DNA of 61,376 bases from Promethearchaeota archaeon. Its GTDB lineage: Archaea; Asgardarchaeota; Lokiarchaeia; Sigyniarchaeales; SOKP01. The translations under genes were made by a program, and so were the position numbers. The notes beneath the pieces are model-generated. The model did no database searches and had not been told where the DNA came from. It worked only from the letters and a program-made list of their open reading frames with translations. The stretch lies in assembly GCA_030603385.1 (NCBI GenBank), contig JAUVXW010000028.1, positions 1 through 61,376 of the forward strand, given 5' to 3'. Positions 1-9,917 of this stretch are shown here, piece after piece (position 1 is the first letter of the stretch; every line of letters starts with the position of its first letter).

Positions 1-162
1 ATACGTGTAGATCGTGGCGTTTTTAATATCAGAAGGTTTTATTGGCATTAATAATATTAAGGATTTCACGAAGATAAATCTTTCTATCTCAACGACGAGT
101 GCTTCTCGATTTTGTCGGGTGAGTGTAGATCAACAATTAAGAAAAAAAAGGAAAAAAAAGGA

Positions 163-984
163 TTATAGAGGTATATCTTTTTTATTGAAAACAAGGAGGC
201 TTGCTACTATTAATCCAGCATTTATATAGCCTAAAATAATAATATCTCGAAGATAAAGGGGAAAGTCCGAGTGAACCAGGTATTCGGAAGGATTAAAATA
301 GTAGAATACTGAAATATATTTTACCCCTTGAACTGATTCATCCATGTAAATATAAAATTCACCAAGAAAGAACATTAGAAATAAAACTACAACACCTAAT
401 GCCATTGATTTTCTTGTAGTAAGAAAAATTGTTGAAAATAGTATTGCAAACATTGCTAGTGCCCCCAAGAAAAGGACGACGCTTAAATAAGTCAACCATA
501 ATCTATCGAAATATAATCCCTCTTCATGAAATGTTGAAGAAAATGCCATACCTCCCATCGTTATAAGAAAGAAAATTCCCATTGTAGCTACTATGAAAAT
601 GTAAAGGAATGAAATTTTACTACCTAAGAAGTTGTATCGAGTGACAGGTTTAGAAAGTGAAAGATCAATGGTTTTCTCCTCAACTTCTTGAGATAATAGA
701 CCACTTGCCATGTAAACAATATAAATACCTGCGTATAACCATATAAAGGATAACATTTCTAAGCACCAATATCCATAGGGATTAGAAAAAATTTCGATAT
801 CTCCAAAAAACTCAAACATTCCTTCCGGAAAAGCGGCAAGAAAGTCTTCTAATGCTTCGAGATCCATATCTCCAACCAAAATTATGACAAAATAGCTTAG
901 TAATCCGACAATTCCCCCCAAAATTAATAGTATGTATTTCTTTGTCAGTAAATATTCTTTTAAACTCATCACAAATTGTCTCAT
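163..984 (-). CDS. ABC-2 type transporter permease
   Basis: About 6 hydrophobic segments; EVEEKTIDLSLSKPVTRYNFLGSK matches the ABC-2 permease loop (ExExGTxxxLLxxPxxR type); abuts the ATPase gene. Confidence 0.85.
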   Translation of the reverse strand: MRQFVMSLKEYLLTKKYILLILGGIVGLLSYFVIILVGDMDLEALEDFLAAFPEGMFEFFGDIEIFSNPYGYWCLEMLSFIWLYAGIYIVYMASGLLSQEVEEKTIDLSLSKPVTRYNFLGSKISFLYIFIVATMGIFFLITMGGMAFSSTFHEEGLYFDRLWLTYLSVVLFLGALAMFAILFSTIFLTTRKSMALGVVVLFLMFFLGEFYIYMDESVQGVKYISVFYYFNPSEYLVHSDFPLYLRDIIILGYINAGLIVASLLVFNKKDIPL

Positions 985-1941
985 CTAGGATTCCACCTCC
1001 TTTCTTTTCATAGGTTTGTTTTCTTGAGATGAGGGTACCTGATAATATTTTAAAAATATATCCTCTAATGCTGGACTTGTAATCTCAGTATCAATAATGT
1101 CGGCTTCCGAAAGTAAACGAAGAACTTTCGAGAGTTCCTCCCGAGACACTAAAAATGACGCGTGGGTGTCATTTAAAATGACTTTTTCTACTTTTTCACT
1201 TGTTAGCTTGTTTGAGAACTCCTGTAAGCCTTTTGCAGATACGAATTCAATTTTAATCTCTTTCAATGCCATTCGCTTTAATTGTTTGATCGTTGCTACT
1301 TCAACTATGGTTCCCTCACGAATGATCCCAACACGATGAGCAACTTTCTCTACTTCACCTAACAAATGGGAGCTCAGTAAAACTGTAGAACCAGTTTCTT
1401 CTTGTTGTTTATGGAGAATATTATAGAATTCAGCTGTGATAAGAGGATCTAAACCTGAAGTTGGTTCATCAAGAATAAGCAGATCTACTTCAGGGGCAAG
1501 AACAAGTACTATTCCAATTTTCTGTTTATTACCTTTACTAAGCTCTTTAACCTTCCTATCAAGTTCTAAACCAAAAATCTCTGCTAGTTCTTCTATGCGA
1601 CGACCTGGAATGTGATTTTGATATAATCCAAGGAGATACTCTATATTACGTCGAGCAGATTTTTCTTGGAATAATCCTAGATCCCCCGGTAGATAAGCGA
1701 CACGTTGACGTATTGCTACTGAGTCGAGATGAACATCAAGATTAAAAATTTTCGCTTCCCCAGATGTTTTTCGGATAAGATCTAAGAATACTCGAATAGT
1801 TGTAGTCTTTCCAGCACCATTAGGTCCAAGTAATCCAAAGATTTCTCCTTTAAAAATCTCTAAGTTTAAATTCTCAATTCCTCTACTGTTTCCATAATAC
1901 TTTGTTAGTTCTTTTGTTTGAATTACTAATTCTTTGGACAG
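985..1941 (-). CDS. ABC transporter ATP-binding protein (318 aa, probable CTG start; the ORF track shows only the last 126 aa)
   Basis: Manual translation upstream of 1365 stays open for 192 codons: Walker A GPNGAGKTT, signature LSKGNKQK, Walker B LLILDEPTSGLDP, H-loop SSH. An in-frame TAG lies 4 codons above CTG(1941), and GGTG lies 7 nt upstream of the CTG. Confidence 0.88.
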   Translation of the reverse strand: MSKELVIQTKELTKYYGNSRGIENLNLEIFKGEIFGLLGPNGAGKTTTIRVFLDLIRKTSGEAKIFNLDVHLDSVAIRQRVAYLPGDLGLFQEKSARRNIEYLLGLYQNHIPGRRIEELAEIFGLELDRKVKELSKGNKQKIGIVLVLAPEVDLLILDEPTSGLDPLITAEFYNILHKQQEETGSTVLLSSHLLGEVEKVAHRVGIIREGTIVEVATIKQLKRMALKEIKIEFVSAKGLQEFSNKLTSEKVEKVILNDTHASFLVSREELSKVLRLLSEADIIDTEITSPALEDIFLKYYQVPSSQENKPMKRKEVES

Positions 1942-2028
1942 TTTTTTACACCACTAATTATTTTAGATATTTTATTTCTACATCTATTTTTTTTTTATAT
2001 AACTAATTTATAAAACTTACTTTTTCAA

Positions 2029-2099
2029 GTTTCAAGGATTATGAAACCATACTTAATATATGAAAACAACCTATTTAAATGTTTCACAAAGTTTGAATT
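2029..2099. promoter_or_regulatory. Two candidate operators (GTTTCA-N7-TGAAAC/TGAATT) in the divergent ABC/regulator promoter
   Basis: Perfect inverted repeat gtttca-aggatta-tgaaac at 2029-2047; second copy gtttca-caaagtt-tgaatt at 2081-2099 directly after TATA-like tatttaaat. Confidence 0.45.
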
Positions 2100-2145
2100 T
2101 TATAAAAGAATATTTAAACAAGTTAAGATATATATTATTTAAGAT

Positions 2146-2664
2146 ATGACTGAAGATATGATTACTGAAGATGGTTCAGGAGACCGAAAACATCTTTTTA
2201 GCGATAAATTAAGGAAATATGAAGACAAGATAGTCAATTTTATTATAGACATTGGAACACGTAAAAGAGTTAACCCAAAAATGCTCCAAATTTCCTCATA
2301 TTTATTAATTCATGAAAGTTTGACTCAGAAAGAATTACAAGAGTTAACAGAATTTTCAATGGGTACAATTTCAACGTACTTATCAGCAATAGTCGGTGTA
2401 GGCGGGTTTCAGAAAGAACGCATTCCTAAAACTCATACTTTTCGATATTTATATTCTGGAAACCTAGAGGAAATGGCAACAAGAGGAATAGATGTCATGA
2501 TCAGCACCTTTACTTCTATGGGTGTTTATTTAAATGGTAAAAAGAAAGAATTAAAGAAATTGATGGAGCAAAATAAAAAAGGAGCTGAACATCTTTCTCA
2601 AAGAATTGACGAACTTCTAGATACATTTGAATTCTATAAACAAATATTCCCTATGATGTCTTAA
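2146..2664 (+). CDS. Winged-helix transcriptional regulator (GbsR/MarR-like)
   Basis: LTQKELQELTEFSMGTISTYL helix-turn-helix followed by wing and helical dimerisation region. Confidence 0.7.
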   Translation: MTEDMITEDGSGDRKHLFSDKLRKYEDKIVNFIIDIGTRKRVNPKMLQISSYLLIHESLTQKELQELTEFSMGTISTYLSAIVGVGGFQKERIPKTHTFRYLYSGNLEEMATRGIDVMISTFTSMGVYLNGKKKELKKLMEQNKKGAEHLSQRIDELLDTFEFYKQIFPMMS

Positions 2665-2684
2665 TAAAGAGAGATTGTATACTC

Positions 2685-3197
2685 ATGAGTGAAATTAAGT
2701 TTGATCCAGAGGTTTATCTAATTGAAGATGAGATGATAAACCAATTAGCAGCAGCACCAATATTTTTTGGTCGGGATCCCGTGTTTATTAGACTTTTAGG
2801 TTTATTCATAACAAGGAAATATCTTACTCAAAAAACATTACAAAGAATAACTGGATTATCAGCAGGTAAAATTTCTGAAGAAGTAAACCAGCTTTTAGAA
2901 ATGGATCTAATAAAGAAAGCTGATGTGTCGAAAAAAGGAAAGATTATATATTCTGCAGATTCTGCTGGTTTGGTGTTGCTTAAATTTAGCAAAAGTATTA
3001 TTGATATAATGGTTAACTGGGGACAAGATTTAGAAGAAATGAAATTAGAATTAGACAGTAATAAAACCTTGTTGGAAAATGAAAAAGGGTATAACCGAAT
3101 TACAGAATTGAATAATAATTTCTTAGATGCTATTAAAAAGTATAAAAAATCTTTTGATGTGATGGATGAAAAAGTCAGATCTTCAAATGAACCTTAA
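2685..3197 (+). CDS. Winged-helix transcriptional regulator (GbsR/MarR-like), paralog of the upstream gene
   Basis: LTQKTLQRITGLSAGKISEEVNQL HTH aligns with the upstream protein. Confidence 0.7.
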   Translation: MSEIKFDPEVYLIEDEMINQLAAAPIFFGRDPVFIRLLGLFITRKYLTQKTLQRITGLSAGKISEEVNQLLEMDLIKKADVSKKGKIIYSADSAGLVLLKFSKSIIDIMVNWGQDLEEMKLELDSNKTLLENEKGYNRITELNNNFLDAIKKYKKSFDVMDEKVRSSNEP

Positions 3198-4097
3198 TTA
3201 CATTCGAGTTAAATTTTTTCTTGGCATTTGTTTGATTCTTGGATCATTCATATATGAATCCAACGTTGTAATAAACATTTCTCGGTCTATTTTAATATTT
3301 GCTGATTCAATTGAACAATAATTACTAACATGGTCATTGAACACTTGAGAAGTAACGTTTTCCCCAAGATTTGCAATTATATCTCTTTCTTCTTTTAAAT
3401 TTTCAACTGGGCTCAATAAGGTAAATTCTCCAGATTTTAAATCCTCCCAAAGAGGAATGCTAGGTGAAATATTTAAGGTTCGGAATCTAAAAATCGTTGG
3501 GTTTATTTCAGTTAATACCCTCGCAGTTTCAATTACATGTTCTTCTGTATATTTATGTCCTCCTAATCCAAGTATTATATAAAGTGATAATTTAATTCCA
3601 GCATTTAACAGTCTTTTTCCAGCCTTTATAAAAGACTTTGCATTAGTACCTTTTTTCATTAATCTTAAAACAGTATTTGAACCACTCTCTAATCCCATAT
3701 AAACTATATCTAATCCCGTTTCAGCTAATTTTTTCAATTCTTCATCTGTCTTTCTTAATATATCTAATGCCTTTGCGTAACAACTTACATGTTGAACATT
3801 CCTGAGTTTTACTCTTACGTATTTTACAATTTCGACTAGATAGTCTGTTGGAGCTGAAGTAGGATTTCCTCCCGCTAGAAATACAGGAAATCCATGATAA
3901 TTGTGTTTAGCTGCTTGATCAATATCTTTTTTGACGTCTTCTAAAGGTCGTATTGCATATTCTTGAGTAGTTCCATACATTCCTTTATATGTTCCACAAA
4001 ATCTGCATTTGTTCCATGAACATCCACCTGTAACAGCAATTAATAGAGAATATGCTTCTACTGGGGGCCTTATAATAATCTGTTCAGGAGGGAGCAT
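3198..4097 (-). CDS. Radical SAM protein
   Basis: CSWNKCRFC (CxxxCxxC), IIRPP-EA-SL N-terminus, GLESGS motif. Confidence 0.9.
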   Translation of the reverse strand: MLPPEQIIIRPPVEAYSLLIAVTGGCSWNKCRFCGTYKGMYGTTQEYAIRPLEDVKKDIDQAAKHNYHGFPVFLAGGNPTSAPTDYLVEIVKYVRVKLRNVQHVSCYAKALDILRKTDEELKKLAETGLDIVYMGLESGSNTVLRLMKKGTNAKSFIKAGKRLLNAGIKLSLYIILGLGGHKYTEEHVIETARVLTEINPTIFRFRTLNISPSIPLWEDLKSGEFTLLSPVENLKEERDIIANLGENVTSQVFNDHVSNYCSIESANIKIDREMFITTLDSYMNDPRIKQMPRKNLTRM

Positions 4098-4226
4098 TTT
4101 AGTTAACCTAATTTATTTTAAAAATTATTAATTATCTTATTTTTAATTTAATTAAAATCAGATAAATTTTTAGATATTATTATTATAATTTACAATTGAT
4201 TAATAGATTGAATATAGGTTATTAAG

Positions 4227-5837
4227 TTGAATGAATTATTTAAATGGGATTTCATATATCCATCTCAAAGAATGCCTATTTTGGCAAATAACATAGTTTC
4301 AACATCTCAACCACTAGCTTCTCAAGCAGGACTTCAAATGCTTTTAAAAGGCGGAAATGCTGTTGATGCTGCAGTTGCTGCTGCGATTTGTTTAACCGTT
4401 GTTGAACCAACGATGAATGGTATTGGAAGTGACGCTTTTGCAATATTATGGGATGGTAAAAAAATAGTGGGATTAAATGCATCTGGTAGATCCCCCACAG
4501 CATGGACACCAGAACATTTTTCTGGTCGTAAGATAATGCCATTAATTGGTTGGGATTCTGTGACTGTTCCAGGAGCTGTATCTGCCTGGATTGAACTTTC
4601 AAAAAAGTATGGCCAATTATCATTTAGAGAATTATTTGAACCGGCAATTAAATACGCTGAAAATGGATTTTTGGTTTCACCGATAACAGCAATAACTTGG
4701 CAATCTCAATTTGATTCCTATGAAAAATTTATCCCAAATTTCAAAGATACATTTCCTGAGTTTTTTAATTCTTTTTTTCGTAATGGTAAAGCTCCAAAAC
4801 CGGGAACTATATTCAAATTTCCTGCTCAAGCAAGAACTCTAAAATTAATCGCAGAAACGGAAGGAGAAACATTTTATTGTGGGGATCTAGCTAAAAAAAT
4901 CGTAGCACATGCAGAAAGAACAGGCGGAAGTTTAACACTAGGGGACTTGGAAAATCATAATGCAACTTGGGAACAATCTCTCAAAATCGATTTTAATAAT
5001 GTCACTTTACATGAAATTCCTCCAAATGGTCAAGGTTTGGCAGCACTAATTATGCTTGGAATTCTTAACCAGTTCGAATTGAGTTCATATGAAACAGATT
5101 CCCCTGAATCACTTCACTTACAAATTGAAGCTATGAAATTAGCCTTTGCTGATGCCTATCGTTATATTTCAGATCCATTTGCTTTAGAATTTAATCCATT
5201 GAGTTTCTTAAAATACGAATATTTAGAAGGAAGAGCAAGTTTGATTGATTTAAAGGAAGCTAGACAATTCAAAGAGGGGATACCAAAAAAAGGAGACACG
5301 GTATATTTAACGACAGCAGATTCTGAGGGTATGATGGTATCTTATATCCAATCTAATTATGCAGGTTTCGGCTCTTGTATTGTTGTTCCTAATACGGGAA
5401 TTAGCCTTCAAAATCGAGGAAATGGATTCTCTTTAGTGGAAGGACATCCAAATCAAGTAGGACCTAATAAGCGCCCGTTTCATACAATTATTCCAGCATT
5501 TGTAACGAAAAATGGGAAACCTTTAATGAGTTTTGGAGTTATGGGGGGAGCTATGCAGCCACAGGGACATGTACAATTGATGATCCGTATATTTGAGCAT
5601 AGACAAAATCCTCAGGCAGCATTAGATGCACCAAGATGGCGAGTTTCTCAAGACTTGAAAATTTTTCTCGAATCTGGATTTAACCAAGAGGTTTTTAATG
5701 GTTTATCTCAATTAGGGCATGAAGTTTCTAAAAGAGATTACACCAGATTTGGCGGTGGACAAATAATATATAAGCTTGAAGATGGTTATTTAGGCGCATC
5801 AGATTGGCGTAAAGACGGTCATGCTGTAGGATTTTGA
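4227..5837 (+). CDS. ggt: Gamma-glutamyltransferase family protein
   Basis: GGNAVDAAVA, VPGAV, PPNGQG, nucleophile Thr in DTVYLTTAD, GVMGGAMQPQGH, GASDWRKDG. Confidence 0.93.
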   Translation: MNELFKWDFIYPSQRMPILANNIVSTSQPLASQAGLQMLLKGGNAVDAAVAAAICLTVVEPTMNGIGSDAFAILWDGKKIVGLNASGRSPTAWTPEHFSGRKIMPLIGWDSVTVPGAVSAWIELSKKYGQLSFRELFEPAIKYAENGFLVSPITAITWQSQFDSYEKFIPNFKDTFPEFFNSFFRNGKAPKPGTIFKFPAQARTLKLIAETEGETFYCGDLAKKIVAHAERTGGSLTLGDLENHNATWEQSLKIDFNNVTLHEIPPNGQGLAALIMLGILNQFELSSYETDSPESLHLQIEAMKLAFADAYRYISDPFALEFNPLSFLKYEYLEGRASLIDLKEARQFKEGIPKKGDTVYLTTADSEGMMVSYIQSNYAGFGSCIVVPNTGISLQNRGNGFSLVEGHPNQVGPNKRPFHTIIPAFVTKNGKPLMSFGVMGGAMQPQGHVQLMIRIFEHRQNPQAALDAPRWRVSQDLKIFLESGFNQEVFNGLSQLGHEVSKRDYTRFGGGQIIYKLEDGYLGASDWRKDGHAVGF

Positions 5838-6055
5838 TATAAAAAGAGATAAGTAAAAAATTTTGCTATCTTTTCACGAAATATATTTCATTATTTTTTC
5901 TATTTTTGTAATACCGCTAAAATTAAAGGGTTATTAATCCTTTAAACAAAATATTTATATTTTTAATAATTATTTCAGATGTAATAATTTGAATTTCAAA
6001 TTTAACCTAGTAAAATTAAATCCAATTCTTCATTTACTTAAGAACATTTGAGCTA

Positions 6056-6652
6056 ATGAGTTACGATGGAAAAGAGGTTATATATAGCTTTAAGATAGTA
6101 ATATGTGGCGCTAGTTCAGTAGGAAAGACGTGTCTTTTTAATCGTTACTGCTTCAATTCATTTGATTTCGACACATCTTCAACAATAGGAATAAACTTTC
6201 ATTCAGTTCATTTAAGGATAAATTTTAAAGAAAATCCCGATGAAATAAAAGAGAATTATATTGTTAATTCAATTTTCGATTTTGGTGGTCAAGAGCGTTT
6301 TGTACCATTGCTTCCTAGATTCATTGAAGGTGCTAATGGAGCATTACTAGTTTTTGATTTAGTAAATACCTTCACATTTAGTCAGTTAGATTTTTGGTAT
6401 GAACAACTAATTAAATTTGCTGTCAGTTCAGATATCCCTATTATTTTAGTAGGAAGTAAGAGCGATTTATTAGAGAAAACACCTATATCAGAAATTGTCG
6501 ATGATAAATTAATTCATAAGTATATAAGAGAAAAACAATTAGACGGGTTTTATAGGACATCTTCTTTAGAGAATTATAATGTTTTAGAGGTTTTTAAAGA
6601 ACTTAATAACATAATGTTAAGGAGACTACATATACCTTATGTGGTTGTCTAA
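6056..6652 (+). CDS. Rab/Ras-like small GTPase
   Basis: G1 GASSVGKT, G2 STIG, G3 DFGGQERF, G4 SKSD, G5 TSSL. Confidence 0.9.
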   Translation: MSYDGKEVIYSFKIVICGASSVGKTCLFNRYCFNSFDFDTSSTIGINFHSVHLRINFKENPDEIKENYIVNSIFDFGGQERFVPLLPRFIEGANGALLVFDLVNTFTFSQLDFWYEQLIKFAVSSDIPIILVGSKSDLLEKTPISEIVDDKLIHKYIREKQLDGFYRTSSLENYNVLEVFKELNNIMLRRLHIPYVVV

Positions 6653-6670
6653 AAGAAAGATATATCATAG

Positions 6671-7747
6671 TTAAAACTCTCTTTCATAAATGAAATCAGA
6701 GAACTCGTTAAAAAAAATCTTTTGCTCCTTGTTGAGATCAGGGTATATGTCCTTTAGATTATTCTTTGCTTGTTCTACTAAGTTTTTCGATAGGTGTTCA
6801 GCTATTAATAAAGCATTTGTTTCAGTGAAAATATTTTTCACTTCTTTTATATCATTTCTAGTTAAATTGTCTTTATGATAGATTTCATTCAGTCTCTTAG
6901 ATTGGTTTTCATCAGTATTTTGAACTGCTAAAATATACACAATTTTTGAACGATTTTTCGCCTTGATATCATCTTCTAGATCAATAATATCATCTCTTAT
7001 GGCATGAGCTTGACCAATACTCAGCAATGCATCGCTTAGAGGTTTGATTTGATATTGGATATTTCCTTTTGCTAAAATAGCACCTATTTTTGCAGATTTC
7101 TCGAATAATTTAGCTCTCTGATATTCGGCAATATTTAAATACTGCTCCAAAGTCATAGTTATTCGGTTATAATTCATATATTCTTCGATTAGTTGTCCCT
7201 TCATTAAGAAATCCATAGCTTTTGTATACTCATTGATGGCTAACATTTTTGGCTGTTCTGGGAATTTTGCAGATTTTAAAATGTCTAAACCTAGTAAGTA
7301 TCCTTGAGTGCCTCCTAAAATGCTCATATCTCTTCCATATAATCTAACAATCTCATCTTTATTATGGATATTAAGATCTTTATAAATTTGATTTAATTCA
7401 TTCTTTAATTGCATGTGAAAAGTCGGTTTACCTCTTCTTATTGGATCGTCATCCAAAAGATCATCATGAATTAGATGTCCACTATGTAACAATTCAACCG
7501 CTATAGATACTTCTCGTATTTGTTCTAATTGATCTTCTAAATACATTGGATTCACTATACCAGAAAAAGCAGCGCTTAATAAAACAGGATGAATTCTTTT
7601 TGCTTTATCGTTTAAAATAAATTTTTCAAGTTGTGCAATAAAATCCTTGAGGAGGATATCCTTTTCCGTTTTCCGTAACTGAGCAAAATATTTCTCCAAT
7701 TCTTTATTAACATGAGCTTTTTCTGTTTTAAAGAATTCTTCTATCAT
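6671..7747 (-). CDS. Polyprenyl diphosphate synthase (trans-isoprenyl transferase family)
   Basis: First Asp-rich motif HDDLLDDDPIRRGKPT, GQ motif, second motif RDDIID. Confidence 0.88.
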   Translation of the reverse strand: MIEEFFKTEKAHVNKELEKYFAQLRKTEKDILLKDFIAQLEKFILNDKAKRIHPVLLSAAFSGIVNPMYLEDQLEQIREVSIAVELLHSGHLIHDDLLDDDPIRRGKPTFHMQLKNELNQIYKDLNIHNKDEIVRLYGRDMSILGGTQGYLLGLDILKSAKFPEQPKMLAINEYTKAMDFLMKGQLIEEYMNYNRITMTLEQYLNIAEYQRAKLFEKSAKIGAILAKGNIQYQIKPLSDALLSIGQAHAIRDDIIDLEDDIKAKNRSKIVYILAVQNTDENQSKRLNEIYHKDNLTRNDIKEVKNIFTETNALLIAEHLSKNLVEQAKNNLKDIYPDLNKEQKIFFNEFSDFIYEREF

Positions 7748-7846
7748 TTTAAAATCGTAAAAATTTCGTTAGTATTAATATAAAACATATAATAATTTAA
7801 TTTAATTATATCCTAATAATTTTATACTAAAGGAGAATTTTAAAGG

Positions 7847-8359
7847 ATGAAAATAGCAATTATAAGTGATTCGCACGATCATAAATATAACATTCTCCGA
7901 GCGGTCTCAATAATAAATGAAAGAAAAGTTAATGCGGTTATTCATTGCGGAGATTATGTTGCACCTTTTGTTAAAAGATGGTTTGATAAGCTCGATGATG
8001 CTATAAAGAAAAATTTTTTCGGGGTTTTTGGGAACAATGATGGAGAAAGATTGTTTTTAAAGCAAAATTTGGGGCAAATATGTCAATTTGCTCAAAATGG
8101 TAATGAGTTGATTTTAGAATTAGGAGGAAAGAGAATTTTTGCCTCCCATATGCCAAGAAAGGAAACTATAGAAGCATTGGCTCATTCAGCTAAATTTGAT
8201 ATTATATTATCAGGACATACGCATTCTCTAATAAATAAAAAATATGGAAATGGAGTTTTAGTGGTTAATCCAGGCGAAGTATGTGGTTATTTAACAGGAA
8301 AATCGACATTTGCTATTATAGATACGGATAAGATGGAAGCAGAAATAATTGAATTATAG
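7847..8359 (+). CDS. Metallophosphoesterase, YfcE/MJ0936/Vps29-like family
   Basis: ISDSHD, HCGD, GNND, SH, GHTH, NPG motifs. Confidence 0.9.
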   Translation: MKIAIISDSHDHKYNILRAVSIINERKVNAVIHCGDYVAPFVKRWFDKLDDAIKKNFFGVFGNNDGERLFLKQNLGQICQFAQNGNELILELGGKRIFASHMPRKETIEALAHSAKFDIILSGHTHSLINKKYGNGVLVVNPGEVCGYLTGKSTFAIIDTDKMEAEIIEL

Positions 8360-8408
8360 AATTTAAATTAATTTTTTCTCTACATTATTTATAATTAAGA
8401 TTTATTTA

Positions 8409-9836
8409 ATGAATTACTATATGTCAACATTATCACCTAAGGAAATTTACGAGGATTTAAAAAAAAAAAAATTAGACAAAAGTAAAGCATCAGAATTATT
8501 GATATCAGTAATTGAAAATCCTCTCGAATTGGACAACAGAACCAGGATTTTAAGTGTAAAATTCTTAGGTTTAATCGGTTCTAAAGAAGAGAGCGTATAT
8601 TTTTTTCTTGAGAATCTATTAATATCAGATTTAAATGAGTTAGTACGGGGAAACGCCGCGAGTATTATTATTAGAAATTTCTCTGATCAAGCATTAGAAC
8701 CAATTAAATGGGCTTTAAACCATGAAGAATCAGAGTCTTGTATAATTCTAATAATAAAAACATTAGAAAAAACTAATAACTTAAAATTAAAATCGTTATT
8801 GAAGACTATCGATTATATCAACTTTGAAGGGAAAATCTTCTTCCCTTTTGGGCCTTATCCAATTATTAATTTAAGCAGTAGCAATATAGATAATATATTA
8901 AAAGTTAAAGGTTTGGGGAAGTTAAAAAATTTAAATAAAGTGTATTTAAATTTTAATAGGATTACGGAAATAGAAGGTTTGCATAACCTAATTAATTTAA
9001 AATCTTTACACTTTCAAGGGAATAAAATTAAAGAAATTAAAGGGTTGGAACACTTAAAGAAATTGGAATACTTATACCTCAATAATAATGAAATCTTTAA
9101 GATCCAAGGGATCAAGAACCTTTCTAATTTGAAATCATTAATGATTTATGATAATCAGATCGCAGAAATACAAAAGTTAGAACATTTATCAAACTTAGAA
9201 ATATTAAATCTACGGAACAATAGAATCAATGAAATTAAAGGGTTGAAATGTCTCAATAATTTAAAAAGATTAGACCTTAGTAATAATAGAATAACTGAAA
9301 TTAAGGGTCTAGATAATCTTACTAACCTAGAATTTTTAGATCTAAGTTATAATCAAATATCTGAAATTAAAGGATTAGATAACTTAAAAAATTTAAAATT
9401 TTTAGATCTAAGAAATAATAAGATAACAGCGATAAGACAATTGAACATATTAAAACAATTACAGCACCTATATCTTGGATTCAATAGAATCTCAATAATA
9501 GAAAATACTGAGAATAAAAGTATCCTTGATACTTTAAGTATTGAAGGAAAGAATATTTCAAATTCACCCTTCGATTTTTTTTACAATTATAAATCACGCA
9601 AAAACTCAGTTAATAAAAAATTATTAGAAATAAGCGACATTAAATTAATGCCAGAATTATTCAAATCTCAATCTTTACTTAAGGAATTAAAACTGATTAG
9701 TAATCCAATAAATTATTTTACGTGTTCTTCATGGATTATGATATGGAAAAATAATGAATTTGAAATTTTTCGATTTAGTAAATCCGGAAAGATAACATGG
9801 GTTCAGAGGAGGAGGAAACAGTATTTACCTGAATAA
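8409..9836 (+). CDS. Leucine-rich repeat protein (SDS22-like LRRs) with N-terminal HEAT-like region
   Basis: About 10 tandem 22-aa LxxLxLxxNxIxEIKGL repeats; LENLLISDLNELVRGNAA HEAT-like segment. Confidence 0.9.
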   Translation: MNYYMSTLSPKEIYEDLKKKKLDKSKASELLISVIENPLELDNRTRILSVKFLGLIGSKEESVYFFLENLLISDLNELVRGNAASIIIRNFSDQALEPIKWALNHEESESCIILIIKTLEKTNNLKLKSLLKTIDYINFEGKIFFPFGPYPIINLSSSNIDNILKVKGLGKLKNLNKVYLNFNRITEIEGLHNLINLKSLHFQGNKIKEIKGLEHLKKLEYLYLNNNEIFKIQGIKNLSNLKSLMIYDNQIAEIQKLEHLSNLEILNLRNNRINEIKGLKCLNNLKRLDLSNNRITEIKGLDNLTNLEFLDLSYNQISEIKGLDNLKNLKFLDLRNNKITAIRQLNILKQLQHLYLGFNRISIIENTENKSILDTLSIEGKNISNSPFDFFYNYKSRKNSVNKKLLEISDIKLMPELFKSQSLLKELKLISNPINYFTCSSWIMIWKNNEFEIFRFSKSGKITWVQRRRKQYLPE

Positions 9837-9917
9837 ATTTATTTGAATTCTATTTGTTTTTTATTTGTTTTTTATTTTCGGAAACTTTTAATTATGAATT
9901 CCTAATTTTTAATTATT

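Noticed and set aside
14-229. 71-aa plus-strand ORF at the window start
   Set aside because: Overlaps the permease 3' end on the opposite strand, runs through an A-tract and has no motif; cannot be supported
6056-7747. GTPase next to a prenyl synthase as a protein-prenylation system
   Set aside because: The GTPase has no C-terminal Cys, the neighbour is a chain-elongating synthase rather than a protein prenyltransferase, and the genes are convergent
7847-8359. Calling the phosphoesterase a retromer Vps29
   Set aside because: It has the full metal-binding motif set of the widespread YfcE/MJ0936 family and no retromer partners nearby
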